Positions 9,645 through 20,117 of a DNA stretch of 64,000 nt are shown in pieces. Each line of letters begins with the position of its first letter. Position 1 is the stretch's first letter. Both the position numbers and the translations under genes were made by a program. The notes under the pieces are model-generated. The model was not told the DNA's origin. It did no database searches and saw nothing but the letters and a program-made list of their open reading frames with translations. This stretch comes from an uncultured Pseudomonadota bacterium (GTDB lineage Bacteria; Myxococcota_A; Polyangia; Fen-1088): contig CAWKBC010000030.1 in assembly GCA_963847705.1 (NCBI GenBank), positions 288,001-352,000 of the forward strand, in the 5' to 3' direction.

Positions 9645-10669
9645 TCTGCGGCCGCGGCGGCATTCGAGCCGCCGTCGCCTTTGCTCTGCTCGCTGCCGCT
9701 GCTGCGGCCCGCGCCAGCTCCGATCTGCCCGAGGTGCCCGATCGTACGCCGCGGGTGGCGCTCCTCTCCACCGTTCCCGACGATCCGCTGGCCGGGCGGA
9801 TCGACGCCGAGCTCCACGCGGTCGGTGTCGGGGTCACGCGGGGAGCCATCACGCCCGGGATGGGGATCGAGGAGCAGGTGCGCGCCGCGCTCGGCGCGGG
9901 CGCGCGCGCCGTGGTGGTCGCGGACGGGCACCGCACCGACGTCTGGATCGCGCAGGTGGGCTCGGATCGGATCGGGCTCCGGCAGGAGCTGGAGGTCGAC
10001 GAGGCCTCCGGGCTGCAGGCGGTGCTGGCGCTGAGGACCGTCGAGTTCCTGCGGATCAGCCTGGGACTGGTGGCCGAGCCCAACATAATGCCGCTGCCGG
10101 CGGCCCGACCGGCCGTGGCCAGCACCGCGCCCGTCGCGCCGGAGCCGAAACGCTGGCTGGCCGTCGACGCGTCGTCCGGTGTGCTCGCCAGCGCGGGCGG
10201 CGGGGGAGCGATCGCCATCGCCGGCATCAGCCTGCGCGGGCAGCTCCTGGGCATCGTGGGCGCCGAGCTCTGCTTCTACGCGCCGCTCAGCGAAGCGACG
10301 CTGACGAACGGGGATGGAGCGTCGCGGACGTCGGCGTGGCTGGCCGGCGGCGGGTTGGTGATTGCGCCACGACCGGACAACCGCGCCTCGATCGAGGTGG
10401 CGGGGGGGACGCTGGCGACGTTGATCCGTTCTGACGGAACCCCCTCCAACCCCGGGATATCCGTGGGCGCGAATGACCGGGTGCTCCACGCCGCCCTGTA
10501 CGGGCGGGGCGCCGCGCGGCTGCGTCTGGCGCCGAGGGTTTCGCTGCGGCTCGATCTGATCGCGGGTACGGTCATCAATCCGCCTGCCATCAAGACGGCC
10601 TCCATGCAGGTGGCCACCTGGGGCGCGGCCTTCGCGGCCGGTCTGGGTGGCGCCGAGCTGCGGTTCTAG
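9641..10669 (+). CDS. exported protein with C-terminal outer-membrane beta-barrel
   Basis: GTGA overlap; signal peptide; amphipathic beta-strands; terminal GLGGAELRF. Confidence 0.65.
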   Translation: MICGRGGIRAAVAFALLAAAAAARASSDLPEVPDRTPRVALLSTVPDDPLAGRIDAELHAVGVGVTRGAITPGMGIEEQVRAALGAGARAVVVADGHRTDVWIAQVGSDRIGLRQELEVDEASGLQAVLALRTVEFLRISLGLVAEPNIMPLPAARPAVASTAPVAPEPKRWLAVDASSGVLASAGGGGAIAIAGISLRGQLLGIVGAELCFYAPLSEATLTNGDGASRTSAWLAGGGLVIAPRPDNRASIEVAGGTLATLIRSDGTPSNPGISVGANDRVLHAALYGRGAARLRLAPRVSLRLDLIAGTVINPPAIKTASMQVATWGAAFAAGLGGAELRF

Positions 10670-10739
10670 CGCGCCGGAGCCCTGGCGCCGTCGCGGGCCC
10701 TGAGCCGCCCGACACCGACGGGAACACTGATTCGACGCA

Positions 10740-12227
10740 ATGTCGGGTGTTCGGTTTCTGGTTGGCATCGGCGCGCTGCTTCTGCTTGGCCAGAGGGTGG
10801 CGGCGGCCTCGCCGCGGCGCATCGCCGAGGCGCACGATCCAGCGGCGCGGGTGACGCAGCTGAACCGCGAAGCGCTGGCGGCGATCGACAAGCGCGAGTT
10901 CGAGAAGGCGCGCGAGATCTTGAAGAAGGCGCTGGAGCTTTGCGGGACGGCGGGGCTCGACCGTCACCCGGTCGCGGCGCGCACCCACGTGCACATGGGC
11001 GTGGTGATCATCGCCGGGTTCAAGAACCGGGAGCTCGGCGAGAAGCAGTTTTCCCAGGCGCTGGCCATCGAGCCGGCGATCGCGATGACCCCGGCGCTGG
11101 TGACGCCCGAGATCAGCGAGGCGTTCGACGAGGCGAAGCAGCAGAGCAAGGGCGGCGCGGCCTCCTCGGCAAGCTCGTCGGACGGAGACGAGGCGGAGCC
11201 GCCGGCGACGGTCGCGCGCGATTCGGCGGTGCGCCGGACGTCCTCTTCGTCGTCGGGCGGCTTCACCTACCACACCGTCAGTGAGGTGAAGCAGGGGAAC
11301 GCCATCCGCGTGACGGTCAACGTCGACGAGACGCTCAAGTTTCGCAAGGTGGTGCTCGCCTACCGTCCGCAGGGGACCTCCGAGTTCCTGGGGCGCGAGA
11401 TGGACCCGGTCGGGCCGGGCGCCTACAGCGCCGAGATCCCCGATCACGCGACCACCGGAGCGTCGGTGGCCTACTACATCGAGGCGCAGGACGACGACGG
11501 ACAGCCGGTCGCCAACCGCGGCACGGAGTCACGGCCGCTGGTGATTCAGCTCGCCGGCGAGGCGCGCGAGGGCGAGCGCGGGCACGCCTCCGAGGGGACC
11601 GAGCGAAACGACAGCGACGACACCACCACCGTTCGTGAGGAGGGGGAGCGCGAGGATGAAAATGGCGCGCGCTGGTTCGTCAGCGTCGCCGTGGGGAGCG
11701 GCGCCGGCTACGCGACGGGCACCGGGGAGACCAACGCCAACCTGCCGGTCTCGGGCTCGTTCGCCAGCACCTCGCTCGGTCAGATTTCACCCGAGGTCGG
11801 CTACTGGCTCGCCCCCGACCTCCTGCTCTCGGCGCAGGGGCGAATCCAGGTGGTGACCGGCCCGACGGAGCTGGTCGACGCCACGGGCCGCGTCTATCAG
11901 CCCGCCGATCTGGCACTGGCGCTGTTTCTCAAGGCGTCGCTGTTCTTCGGCTCGGAGGGCTTGCGCCCGTTCCTCTCGGGCGGGCTCGGCGGCGGGCAGA
12001 TCCGCCACGTGATCACCTTCGGCGCCTACCACGACTGCGGCGCGAGCCGCAGCCAGACCTGCGTCGACTCGGTCGTGGCGGGGCCTGCGCTCGCCCAGGT
12101 GGGCGCCGGCTTTCTCTACGAGCTGACCTCGACGTTCGGGCTCGAGGCCTCCAGCAACGTCCAGATCGCCGAGCCCAAGTTCACCTTCAACGTCGATCTC
12201 AACGCCGGCGTCGCCTTCGACTTTTGA
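10740..12227 (+). CDS. TPR + Ig-like + outer-membrane beta-barrel protein
   Basis: Signal peptide; N-terminal TPR helices; VAYYIEAQD Ig-like strand; terminal LNAGVAFDF. Confidence 0.7.
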   Translation: MSGVRFLVGIGALLLLGQRVAAASPRRIAEAHDPAARVTQLNREALAAIDKREFEKAREILKKALELCGTAGLDRHPVAARTHVHMGVVIIAGFKNRELGEKQFSQALAIEPAIAMTPALVTPEISEAFDEAKQQSKGGAASSASSSDGDEAEPPATVARDSAVRRTSSSSSGGFTYHTVSEVKQGNAIRVTVNVDETLKFRKVVLAYRPQGTSEFLGREMDPVGPGAYSAEIPDHATTGASVAYYIEAQDDDGQPVANRGTESRPLVIQLAGEAREGERGHASEGTERNDSDDTTTVREEGEREDENGARWFVSVAVGSGAGYATGTGETNANLPVSGSFASTSLGQISPEVGYWLAPDLLLSAQGRIQVVTGPTELVDATGRVYQPADLALALFLKASLFFGSEGLRPFLSGGLGGGQIRHVITFGAYHDCGASRSQTCVDSVVAGPALAQVGAGFLYELTSTFGLEASSNVQIAEPKFTFNVDLNAGVAFDF

Positions 12228-13117
12228 AGATGAGGCCGTTGCGATTCGTCTTGGGCTGCTCTCTGGTGACGCTGGTGGCCGGTTGTCTCACGCCCGCCGG
12301 CTACGACCGCGGTCCGGACGGGGGCGCGAGCGCCACCGGTGGCGCGTCGACGCCGGGTGGCCAAGGAGGTCAAGCGGGGAAAGGCGGATCCTCGGGATCG
12401 TCCGGGTTTTCGGGCACCGGCGGAGCGACGGTCGCGACCGGCGGCGTCCCGGGCAGCGGCGGGGCGACCGGGCGCGGCGGGACCGGCGGCACCGTCGTGT
12501 CGGGCACCGGCGGAAGGGCGTCGAGCGGCCCCGACGGTGGGACCGTGCTTTACAGTGACGACTTCTCGGGCGACACGCCCGGCGCGATGGCCACCGGGTG
12601 GATCGCCGACACCATCGACTCCGATCCCACCGACGGCACCTGGAGCGTGGTGAGCGACAACGGGAATCTGGCGCTGCAAGGGGCGGCCAGCGGCAGTGAC
12701 TTCATCATGGACATCGGCGGCGACCAGAGCTGGACCGACTACACCTTCCAGGTCGACATCAAGATGATCTCCGGCTCGAGCTTCGAATTCGGCGTGTTCG
12801 GTCGGTTCGCCCTGGGCTCCGACAAGGGGAACTACTACGAGGCCTACATGGACGACAGCGGCGCCGTGCAGCTGCGCGTGAAGCTCAACGGCAGCACGAC
12901 GACGCTGGGGAGCAAGAGCAAGTCGACCACCGGCGACGCCCAGCTGAACACCGTCTACACCTTCAAGCTCGACATGCACGGCGGCCTGATCAGCGTGTCG
13001 GTCAACGGCGTCGCCCGCGTCAGCATGGTGATGGACACGACGCTCTCGACGGGCGGGATCGGTCTCATCGTGAACGGCGGGACGGCCGAGTTTGACAACG
13101 TCTATGTCACCCAATGA
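12224..13117 (+). CDS. lipoprotein with Gly/Thr linker and beta-jelly-roll carbohydrate-binding (DUF1080/CBM66-like) domain
   Basis: Lipobox VAGC; GTGG linker; LYSDDF...WTDYTFQVD...GGIGL...AEFDNVYVT. Confidence 0.7.
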   Translation: MKMRPLRFVLGCSLVTLVAGCLTPAGYDRGPDGGASATGGASTPGGQGGQAGKGGSSGSSGFSGTGGATVATGGVPGSGGATGRGGTGGTVVSGTGGRASSGPDGGTVLYSDDFSGDTPGAMATGWIADTIDSDPTDGTWSVVSDNGNLALQGAASGSDFIMDIGGDQSWTDYTFQVDIKMISGSSFEFGVFGRFALGSDKGNYYEAYMDDSGAVQLRVKLNGSTTTLGSKSKSTTGDAQLNTVYTFKLDMHGGLISVSVNGVARVSMVMDTTLSTGGIGLIVNGGTAEFDNVYVTQ

Positions 13118-13130
13118 CGATCGTGCCTTC

Positions 13131-14543
13131 GTGAAACCGTTCCTCGACGAAGACTTCCTGCTCGACTCGCCGACCGCGGCCGAGCTCTATCACGGGGTCG
13201 CCGCCCAGCAGCCGATCCTCGACTACCACTGTCACCTCTCGCCGCAGCAGGTGGCCGACGATCACCGGTTCCGGTCGCTGACCGAGATCTGGCTCGACGG
13301 CGACCACTACAAGTGGCGGGCGATGCGGGCCGACGGCGTCCCCGAACGGGCCATCACCGGCCAGGCGACCGACTGGGAGAAGTTCGAGGCCTGGGCCAAG
13401 ACGGTCCCGCGCACGCTGCGCAATCCGCTCTACCACTGGACGCACCTCGAGCTCCGCTTTCCGTTCGGGCTCCCCGGCAAGCTGCTGGGGCCCGAGACGG
13501 CGCGCGAGATCTTCGACCACTGCAACGCCAAGCTGGCGACCGACGGCTTCACCACGCAGGGGCTCCTGCGCCAGTTCAACGTGCGCGTCATCTGCAGCAC
13601 CGACGATCCGGTCGACAATCTCGAGCCGCACCGACGCCACGCGCGGCGTGCGGGCGCCTTCACCAAGCTCTATCCGACCTGGCGGCCCGACCGGGCGCTG
13701 GCCCTGCAGGATCTGGCCGGCTGGAACGGTTGGCTCGACGCGCTGGGGACCGCCGTGAACGGCACCGTGGGGACGCTCGACGAGCTGCGCGATGCGCTCG
13801 CCAAGCGGCACGACGCCTTCCACGCGGCCGGCTGTCGGGCCTCGGACCATGGCCTGGAACGGCTCTACGTCGCCGACCACACCGAGCGCGAGGTCGCCGC
13901 CATCTTCGCCAGGGCCCGTGGCGGGCAGGCGCCGACGCCCGAGGAGATCGAGAAGCTGCGTTCGGCGCTGCTCTTCGATCTGGCGGTGCTCGATCACCGG
14001 CGCGGCTGGGCGCAGCAGTTCCACCTGGGCGCGCTGCGGGACACCAGCACCCGCGGGATGGCTGCCCTCGGCCCCAACACCGGCTACGACGCCATCGCCG
14101 ACTTCCCGCAGGCGGTCGCGCTGGCGCGTTTTCTCGACCGGCTGGACGCGGGCGGAACGCTGGCCAAGACCATCGTCTACAACCTCAACCCGGCCGACAA
14201 CGAGGCGTTCGCCACCGTCATCGGCAGCTTTCAGGACGGGTCGCAACCCGGGAAGATGCAGCTCGGCAGCGCCTGGTGGTTCCTCGATCAGCTCGACGGC
14301 ATGCGCAAGCAGCTCGACGCGCTCTCCAGCCTGGGCCTGCTCTCCCGCTTCGTTGGGATGCTCACCGACTCGCGCAGCTTCCTGTCGTTCTCGCGCCACG
14401 AGTACTTCCGGCGCCTGCTCTGCAACCTGCTGGGGCAGGACGTCGAGCGCGGCCTCTTGCCCAACGATCGCTCGCTGCTGGGAGCGCTGGTCGAGGACGT
14501 CTGCTTCCGGAACGCGCGCGACTACTTCCGGTTCGAGCTCTAG
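13131..14543 (+). CDS. uxaC: glucuronate/galacturonate isomerase
   Basis: FLDEDFLL, DYHCHL, GDHYKWRAMR, GSAWWFLDQ, GMLTDSRSFLSFSRHEYFRR. Confidence 0.97.
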   Translation: MKPFLDEDFLLDSPTAAELYHGVAAQQPILDYHCHLSPQQVADDHRFRSLTEIWLDGDHYKWRAMRADGVPERAITGQATDWEKFEAWAKTVPRTLRNPLYHWTHLELRFPFGLPGKLLGPETAREIFDHCNAKLATDGFTTQGLLRQFNVRVICSTDDPVDNLEPHRRHARRAGAFTKLYPTWRPDRALALQDLAGWNGWLDALGTAVNGTVGTLDELRDALAKRHDAFHAAGCRASDHGLERLYVADHTEREVAAIFARARGGQAPTPEEIEKLRSALLFDLAVLDHRRGWAQQFHLGALRDTSTRGMAALGPNTGYDAIADFPQAVALARFLDRLDAGGTLAKTIVYNLNPADNEAFATVIGSFQDGSQPGKMQLGSAWWFLDQLDGMRKQLDALSSLGLLSRFVGMLTDSRSFLSFSRHEYFRRLLCNLLGQDVERGLLPNDRSLLGALVEDVCFRNARDYFRFEL

Positions 14544-14588
14544 TCAGGGCGGCGCGGCGGCCGCCCCTCCTCCCTCACCCGGGGCTCC

Positions 14589-15782
14589 TTACCCGGGGGG
14601 GTTGATGCTGGGGCAGCCGAAGATGATCTGCACCGCGCCGGCGCCCGCCGCCTGGATCATGTTGCACCAGGAGCCATGGACCTCGACGGCTGTGTCGTTG
14701 AGGTCCGTGTAGGTCCAGCCGTTGGTCGCGTCGTAGGGGATGCGGGTCATGCCGGTGCCGACGTAAACGCCCAGCTTGGTCGGATCGTTGCGCACGGGCG
14801 GCGCCGGCGAGAGGGGAAACAGACAGGTCGAGATCTGGCCAGTGATCGCCTCCATCGCGGCGACCAGGGTGTTGGCGTCGTCGGCGATGTAATAGTTGTA
14901 GGCGAGGGGGTTCGTGACGGGGATCGGCTCGCCGCCGGCCTTCGACATCGCAGTCAGCTCGGTGTTGTCACTGGCCTTGCTGGTGGCGATGCCGACCACG
15001 AAGGTGGGAAACCCAGCCGTCAGCGCGTTGGCGATGGCGGTGACCGCGGCGGGGCCGGCGCTGTCGGAGTTCTTGCTGGTCCCAACGCAGGTCGGCTCGC
15101 CGTCGGTGGCCAGCAGCAGGTACTTGGGGTTCGTGTCGGTCAGCGTCGCCAGGTAGCTGGCGCCCTGGGTGATGGCGTCGGCGGTGGGTGTCCCCTTGCC
15201 GGCGGGCGTGAGCGCGGTGATGGCGCTGTTCATCTGGGTTCCGTCCATGGCCGCGACCTTGACGTCGATGGCGCTGGTGACGCCGCCCTGGCAGTCGTCC
15301 ATCGAGTCGGTGTACGCCTCGGGGAACGACTTCATCCCCCAGGAGATCGAGCTCTGCGTGGCGCTGACCACCGCCTCCAGCGACGGAACCACAATCTGCC
15401 ACTTGGTGGTGGTGCTGCCGGACGGCGCACCGTCGGGGATGTCGATCATCGAGCCCGACCGATCGAGCACCATCAGGATGTCCGCCGCTTTGGGAGTCGG
15501 TTTGAACTGCTGGAGGCCGCAGTTCGCTTCGCCGGCGTCGCTCGGGCTGACGTCGCCCCCGCCGCCGCCGTCGCCGGTCGTGGTGAGGCCACCGCCGGCG
15601 CCCGTGCCGGTGGTGCCGCCGGAGCCGAGGTTGCCGCCTTTCCCGACGTTGCCACCTTGGCCGCTGCCGGTGGCGCCGCTGCCCCCTTCGCCCGCGGCGC
15701 TCTGGATCGGCTTCGTCCCCGCGCAGCCCCAGGCGGTGGGGAGAGCGGCCAGCAACGGGATCAACGCGCAAAGCTTCTTCAT
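14589..15782 (-). CDS. VWA-domain lipoprotein (CglB-like adhesin family)
   Basis: Lipobox AWGC; Gly linker; MIDAS DRSGSM, TPT, LATDGEP; GGAGG RBS upstream of ATG 15782. Confidence 0.8.
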   Translation of the reverse strand: MKKLCALIPLLAALPTAWGCAGTKPIQSAAGEGGSGATGSGQGGNVGKGGNLGSGGTTGTGAGGGLTTTGDGGGGGDVSPSDAGEANCGLQQFKPTPKAADILMVLDRSGSMIDIPDGAPSGSTTTKWQIVVPSLEAVVSATQSSISWGMKSFPEAYTDSMDDCQGGVTSAIDVKVAAMDGTQMNSAITALTPAGKGTPTADAITQGASYLATLTDTNPKYLLLATDGEPTCVGTSKNSDSAGPAAVTAIANALTAGFPTFVVGIATSKASDNTELTAMSKAGGEPIPVTNPLAYNYYIADDANTLVAAMEAITGQISTCLFPLSPAPPVRNDPTKLGVYVGTGMTRIPYDATNGWTYTDLNDTAVEVHGSWCNMIQAAGAGAVQIIFGCPSINPPG

Positions 15783-16107
15783 CGAGACCTCCCACGGGCC
15801 CGCGCCGGCACCCCCAGGCAACCAGCGCGGCCCCGCAGATTGGTGAGGCTCTGGGCAGAGCCAAATTTGGGCCGCCGGAGCGAGATCATCCGCGCGGCGA
15901 ATCCTTTGGGGTTTGAGTGTCCGCATCTCTTCGGCGCAGCTCAGGTCGCGTCGGGTGGGCGATCTCTTCGAGAAATGAGCCGCATTTCGCCGCAGCGGAC
16001 ACTTCTGCCCCGGGGGATGTCCACGGTGACGACGATCCGGATCGCCCGCCGGAGACTTACCTGCCGAGCAGGATCTGGGCCCGGCTCTCGTCGGGTTGGG
16101 GTGGGCC

Positions 16108-16134
16108 GGTGGGAGGGGCGAAGCCCCTCCCACC
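16108..16134. terminator. perfect 12-bp hairpin with GAA loop downstream of the porin gene
   Basis: GGTGGGAGGGGC-GAA-GCCCCTCCCACC; no U-tract, so it could be REP-like. Confidence 0.55.
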
Positions 16135-16146
16135 TCAGCGAAGCGC

Positions 16147-17787
16147 CTAAAAGACGTAAACGGCTTGACCCATGCCCCGGATGTTGTGGGGCTGGTTGCC
16201 GTCGAGGTAGTGGACCTGGGTGTACTGACCGGAGATGCCGAAGCGGATCGCCGGCGTCGCGTCGAAGAAGAGGTTGCCGTCGGCGTACCTGGAGGTGTCG
16301 GCGACCCGGTCGATGAGCTCGATCTCGGCGCCGAGCATGGGGAAGAGCTTGACCATGTTGTTCGAGTGCGACTGGGTGTAGTTCGCCGCGAGGATCAGCC
16401 GCCCGTCGAGAACCGGGAGGTAGTACTGCAGGCCGACCTTGAAGGCCTGCCAGTTGATGGTGTGGAGAATTCCGGTGCGCACGTCGAACGTCACCAGGCC
16501 GTTGTCGACATCGGGCGCGTACTCGGGCGGCGGTGAGGCCTGCGCGGGGTTGAGGAGCGTGGGGAAGGCTGCTCCGCCGCCCGTGGTCAACAGATCGGCG
16601 ATGCCGGTGCCAGTCACGAACGATCCGGTCAGCGTCAGCCGGTTCTTGCGATCGTTGGCGTCGCTGGCCGGGATGATCGGGAGGAGCGCGTCGACCGAGA
16701 GGCCCCAGCCCGAGACGCTGTTCGAGCTCTGCGTGGGCGGCGGCAAGAAGGCGTCGACCTTGAACTGACGCGCGATGCCCGACACGCCGATCGACAGCGG
16801 CGCGGCGACCGTTCGAACGTTGCCCGGCGTGGTGATCCCCTTCCATCCGTTGACGCTGAGGCGCAGGCCGGCCTCGAAGTCGGGGACCTGCGAATCGCGC
16901 TGGGCCGGGCGTCCGGCGGAGACCGCGACGTCGACGCTGATCGGGCCGTCGGCGCCGAAGGTGCGCGACAGCCGGACCTGGGTGTTGCGCGAGAAGACCT
17001 GATTCGGCAGCCCCAGGAACTCGGCGGAGCAGGGGAAGAAGTAGTTCTGCCAGCCGAACACGTCATAGGTCTGTCCGGCCAGGAGGTCGACGAAGCCGCC
17101 GTCGAGCTTGAGGTAGGCGTGGCGGATCCGGAAGGTGGGGCTGTCGAAGTAGGTGGTCTCCGAGACCCCGGTCGGCGGGCTCGGCTGGTCGCCGAAGAAG
17201 TCGCCTTCGATCAACGCCGAGGGGCGCAGGTTGCCGAGCTGCGGGGACTGAAAGGCCAGGCCGATGCGCGTGTTCCGCATCGAGAACTGGGAGCGGCCGA
17301 CCGTCCCCTCATAGGTGTCCGAGCGCGCCACCAGCGAGCTGCCGATCGCGTCGCCGTAGCTGCGGGTGCTGTCGCCGATGTAGTCCGCCTCGACGAAGCC
17401 GTAGAACGTCACCGACCACTTCTGGCTGCCTTGCGGGATGGTCAGCGTCAGGGCAGGGCGATCGAACCAGGAGCCGCTCGGCGTGTTGGCGCCCGGCGCT
17501 GGCCCGGCCTCCGACGGAACGTTCGGAAGGGAGGGCGGCTGCGCGTCGGCGGGCGTTGGCGGCGGTGGGGCCGGTGGCGGCGCGGGCGGAGACTCGACGG
17601 GCGCCGTTTCGGGGGCGGGGGGCGGCGGGGCCGGTTCGTCGGCGCGTGCGGGGCGAACGATCGCCACCAAGGCAACGGTGAAGGCGAGCGCGGCGCTCAC
17701 GACCGCGGCCGTCGTCATTCTCACGTTCCGCGCCTGGCGCCGTCTTCGGGCCAGTCGATTGTCGTCCGGGGTGATTCGTTCGATCAT
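16147..17787 (-). CDS. outer-membrane porin (DcaP-like)
   Basis: Signal peptide, Pro-rich linker, TFYGFVEADY, TRIGL, IEGDFFG, FRIRHAYLKL, LLAGQT, terminal YVF. Confidence 0.75.
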   Translation of the reverse strand: MIERITPDDNRLARRRRQARNVRMTTAAVVSAALAFTVALVAIVRPARADEPAPPPPAPETAPVESPPAPPPAPPPPTPADAQPPSLPNVPSEAGPAPGANTPSGSWFDRPALTLTIPQGSQKWSVTFYGFVEADYIGDSTRSYGDAIGSSLVARSDTYEGTVGRSQFSMRNTRIGLAFQSPQLGNLRPSALIEGDFFGDQPSPPTGVSETTYFDSPTFRIRHAYLKLDGGFVDLLAGQTYDVFGWQNYFFPCSAEFLGLPNQVFSRNTQVRLSRTFGADGPISVDVAVSAGRPAQRDSQVPDFEAGLRLSVNGWKGITTPGNVRTVAAPLSIGVSGIARQFKVDAFLPPPTQSSNSVSGWGLSVDALLPIIPASDANDRKNRLTLTGSFVTGTGIADLLTTGGGAAFPTLLNPAQASPPPEYAPDVDNGLVTFDVRTGILHTINWQAFKVGLQYYLPVLDGRLILAANYTQSHSNNMVKLFPMLGAEIELIDRVADTSRYADGNLFFDATPAIRFGISGQYTQVHYLDGNQPHNIRGMGQAVYVF

Positions 17788-17798
17788 TGGTGAGGACC

Positions 17799-19190
17799 TC
17801 ATGCGGGTGTCTGGATGGGCGCGAAGGTGGGCGCGAGCAGGTGATTGAGGGCGAAGGCGACGAGGTAGGCCGAGCCGCAGATCCCGAACAGGACCGCGTA
17901 GCCCGAGGTGACGTCGCCGGCGGCGGCGAAGCGGTCGAGCAGCTTCCCCGAGAAGATCGGGAACAGGATCCCGCCCAGCGAGCCGGCCATGCTGCCGATG
18001 CCGACCACCGACGCCACGGCGCGCTTGGGGAACATGTCGGAGGCGCTGGTGAACAGGTTCGCCGACCAGGCCTGGTGTGAGGCGCCGGCGATCCCGATCA
18101 GGATCACCGCCGGCCAGTTGCCGACGTGGGTGACGGCCAGGATCGGCAAGACCGAGCAGGCGAAGGTGAAGAGCGCGATCTTGCGCGCGCGGGTCACGGT
18201 CATGCCGCGGGCGGCCAGGAAGCCGGAGAGCCAGCCGCCGAAGATGCTGAGCACCGTGACGATCGAATAGATCGTCACCAGGTAGACCCAGCTGTCCTTG
18301 ATGGCGAGCCCGCGCGTCTTCTTGAAGTAGTCGGGCAGCCAGATGAGAAAGAACCACCAGACCGGATCGGTCAGGAACTTGGCGACGATGAACGCCCAGG
18401 CCTGCCGGTGGCGCAGGAGCTCCGCCCAGGAGATGCGCGCCTCACCGGCGGACGCCGCGGCCCCGTCCTGGCTTCTGATGTGGGCCAGCTCGGCGGCGCT
18501 CAGCTTGGCGACGCGCTCCGGGACCTCGTACCAGGGGAGCCAGAACGCCAGCCAGACCAGCCCCGCGATCCCGGCCGCCACGAACGCCGAGCGCCAGCCG
18601 AATGAGAGAGCCATCCAGGGGACGACCGCCGGCGCGATGATGGCGCCGACGTTGCTCCCGCTGTTGAAGAGCGCGGTCGCGTAGGCCCGCTCGCGCGGCG
18701 GGAACCAGATGGCGACCGCCTTGATGGCCGAGGGGAAGTTGCCTCCCTCCCCGAGGCCAAGCGCGATGCGCGCGGCGAAGAAGCCGTTCACGCTCCCCAC
18801 CAGGGCGTGCCCCATGGCGGCCACGCTCCAGGCCGCGATGGAGACGGCGTACCCGATCTTGGTGCCGACGCGATCGATGAGGGCGCCAAACGAGAGCAGG
18901 CCCACCGCGTACGCCGCCTGAAAGGCCGCGTTGACCATCCCGAACTGGGCGTTGGTCCACCTGAGCTCGTTGTCCAGGATCGGCTTCAACAGCGAGAGGA
19001 TCTGACGGTCCATGTAATTGACCGTCGTCGCGAAGAACAGCAGCGCGCAGACCAGCCAGCGATACCGGCCGACGGCACCGGCGGCGCCGCCGGTGGCCGG
19101 GCCGCCGGTCGTCTCGGGCGTCGGGCCCGAGGCGCGACCTTCCCGCGAAACGAGCACGGGGACCGAGGATGGCAAGGGTTCTCGACGCAC
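17799..19190 (-). CDS. exuT: MFS hexuronate transporter
   Basis: RWLVCALLFFATTVNYMDRQ, GEGGNFP, WFPPRERA, KFLTDPVWWFFLIWLP, HQAWSAN; uxaC context. Confidence 0.9.
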   Translation of the reverse strand: MRREPLPSSVPVLVSREGRASGPTPETTGGPATGGAAGAVGRYRWLVCALLFFATTVNYMDRQILSLLKPILDNELRWTNAQFGMVNAAFQAAYAVGLLSFGALIDRVGTKIGYAVSIAAWSVAAMGHALVGSVNGFFAARIALGLGEGGNFPSAIKAVAIWFPPRERAYATALFNSGSNVGAIIAPAVVPWMALSFGWRSAFVAAGIAGLVWLAFWLPWYEVPERVAKLSAAELAHIRSQDGAAASAGEARISWAELLRHRQAWAFIVAKFLTDPVWWFFLIWLPDYFKKTRGLAIKDSWVYLVTIYSIVTVLSIFGGWLSGFLAARGMTVTRARKIALFTFACSVLPILAVTHVGNWPAVILIGIAGASHQAWSANLFTSASDMFPKRAVASVVGIGSMAGSLGGILFPIFSGKLLDRFAAAGDVTSGYAVLFGICGSAYLVAFALNHLLAPTFAPIQTPA

Positions 19191-19347
19191 AGGGAGACGA
19201 CGTCATGGGTTGCCTGATGTCAGCCAAACGGCTCGGCCGATCGGATCGGGTTCCCAAGGTTGTTCTCGCGTGAGCCATCCCTCGAAGGTGCGGACACCCA
19301 GCTCTTCGAAGCTCCAGATTTCAAATGCACCAAACAGCGAGGGATCG

Positions 19348-20037
19348 ATGACGACGATGACGAAACGAATGGCGCCGTTCTGCGGGACCGTCGCGCTCCT
19401 GGCGCAGGTCTTGGTGTTCCAGGGTTGCGGCAGCAACAGCAACAACGGGATCACCGGCACGGGCGGCACGCCTGCCACCGGGACGGGCGGCGAAGCGACC
19501 TCCACGGGCGGCACCCCTGGCACCGGCGGCACGACCACCGCGGGCACGGGCGGCATCACCACCTCCACGGGCGGCACCCCCGGTACGGCCGGTGCGAGCG
19601 GCTTCGGTCAGCCGGCCTGCGGCAACACCGCCGCCGGGACGGCGATCGCCAAGGGCGTCACCTGCACCGCGACCGACACGGCGCTCTGCTACAAGACCTG
19701 CGGGCCGGAGAAGGCCGGCGTCAAGTCCGAGACCTGTCCGGCCGGCGGCGGAACCTACGCCGAGATGACCGGTTGCAGCTTCGATCCGACGCGGGACTTC
19801 AGCTGCTACAAGATCCTGACCCCGCAGGACGCCACCTGTCCGACGACGGTGATCGCGGCGGGCTCGGCCTGCACGATCGCGGACTGCGTCGTCTGCGGCG
19901 GGACGACCGGCTACACCGATTCGACGGGCGCCATGAAGACCGGCTACTGCGTCTGCCAGGCCGGCGCGACGTCACCGACCTGGAGCTGCGCCAGCTCCAC
20001 CGCTTGGCCCTGCCCCACGGGCATTGGCTGCTCCTGA
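19348..20037 (+). CDS. Cys-rich lipoprotein with Gly/Thr linker
   Basis: Lipobox FQGC; TGGT repeats; Cys-rich C-terminal domain. Confidence 0.75.
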   Translation: MTTMTKRMAPFCGTVALLAQVLVFQGCGSNSNNGITGTGGTPATGTGGEATSTGGTPGTGGTTTAGTGGITTSTGGTPGTAGASGFGQPACGNTAAGTAIAKGVTCTATDTALCYKTCGPEKAGVKSETCPAGGGTYAEMTGCSFDPTRDFSCYKILTPQDATCPTTVIAAGSACTIADCVVCGGTTGYTDSTGAMKTGYCVCQAGATSPTWSCASSTAWPCPTGIGCS

Positions 20038-20117
20038 TCGCCGGGTGACCGATCGACAACGCGCCGCGCGCCGCCGGGTTCTCTCCGGCGCGCGCGCGGC
20101 AAAACGATGAGACCACG

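Noticed and set aside
15783-16107. Riboswitch or ncRNA in the long leader of the VWA lipoprotein
   Set aside because: Small hairpins only; no recognisable aptamer consensus by eye; needs an Infernal/Rfam search
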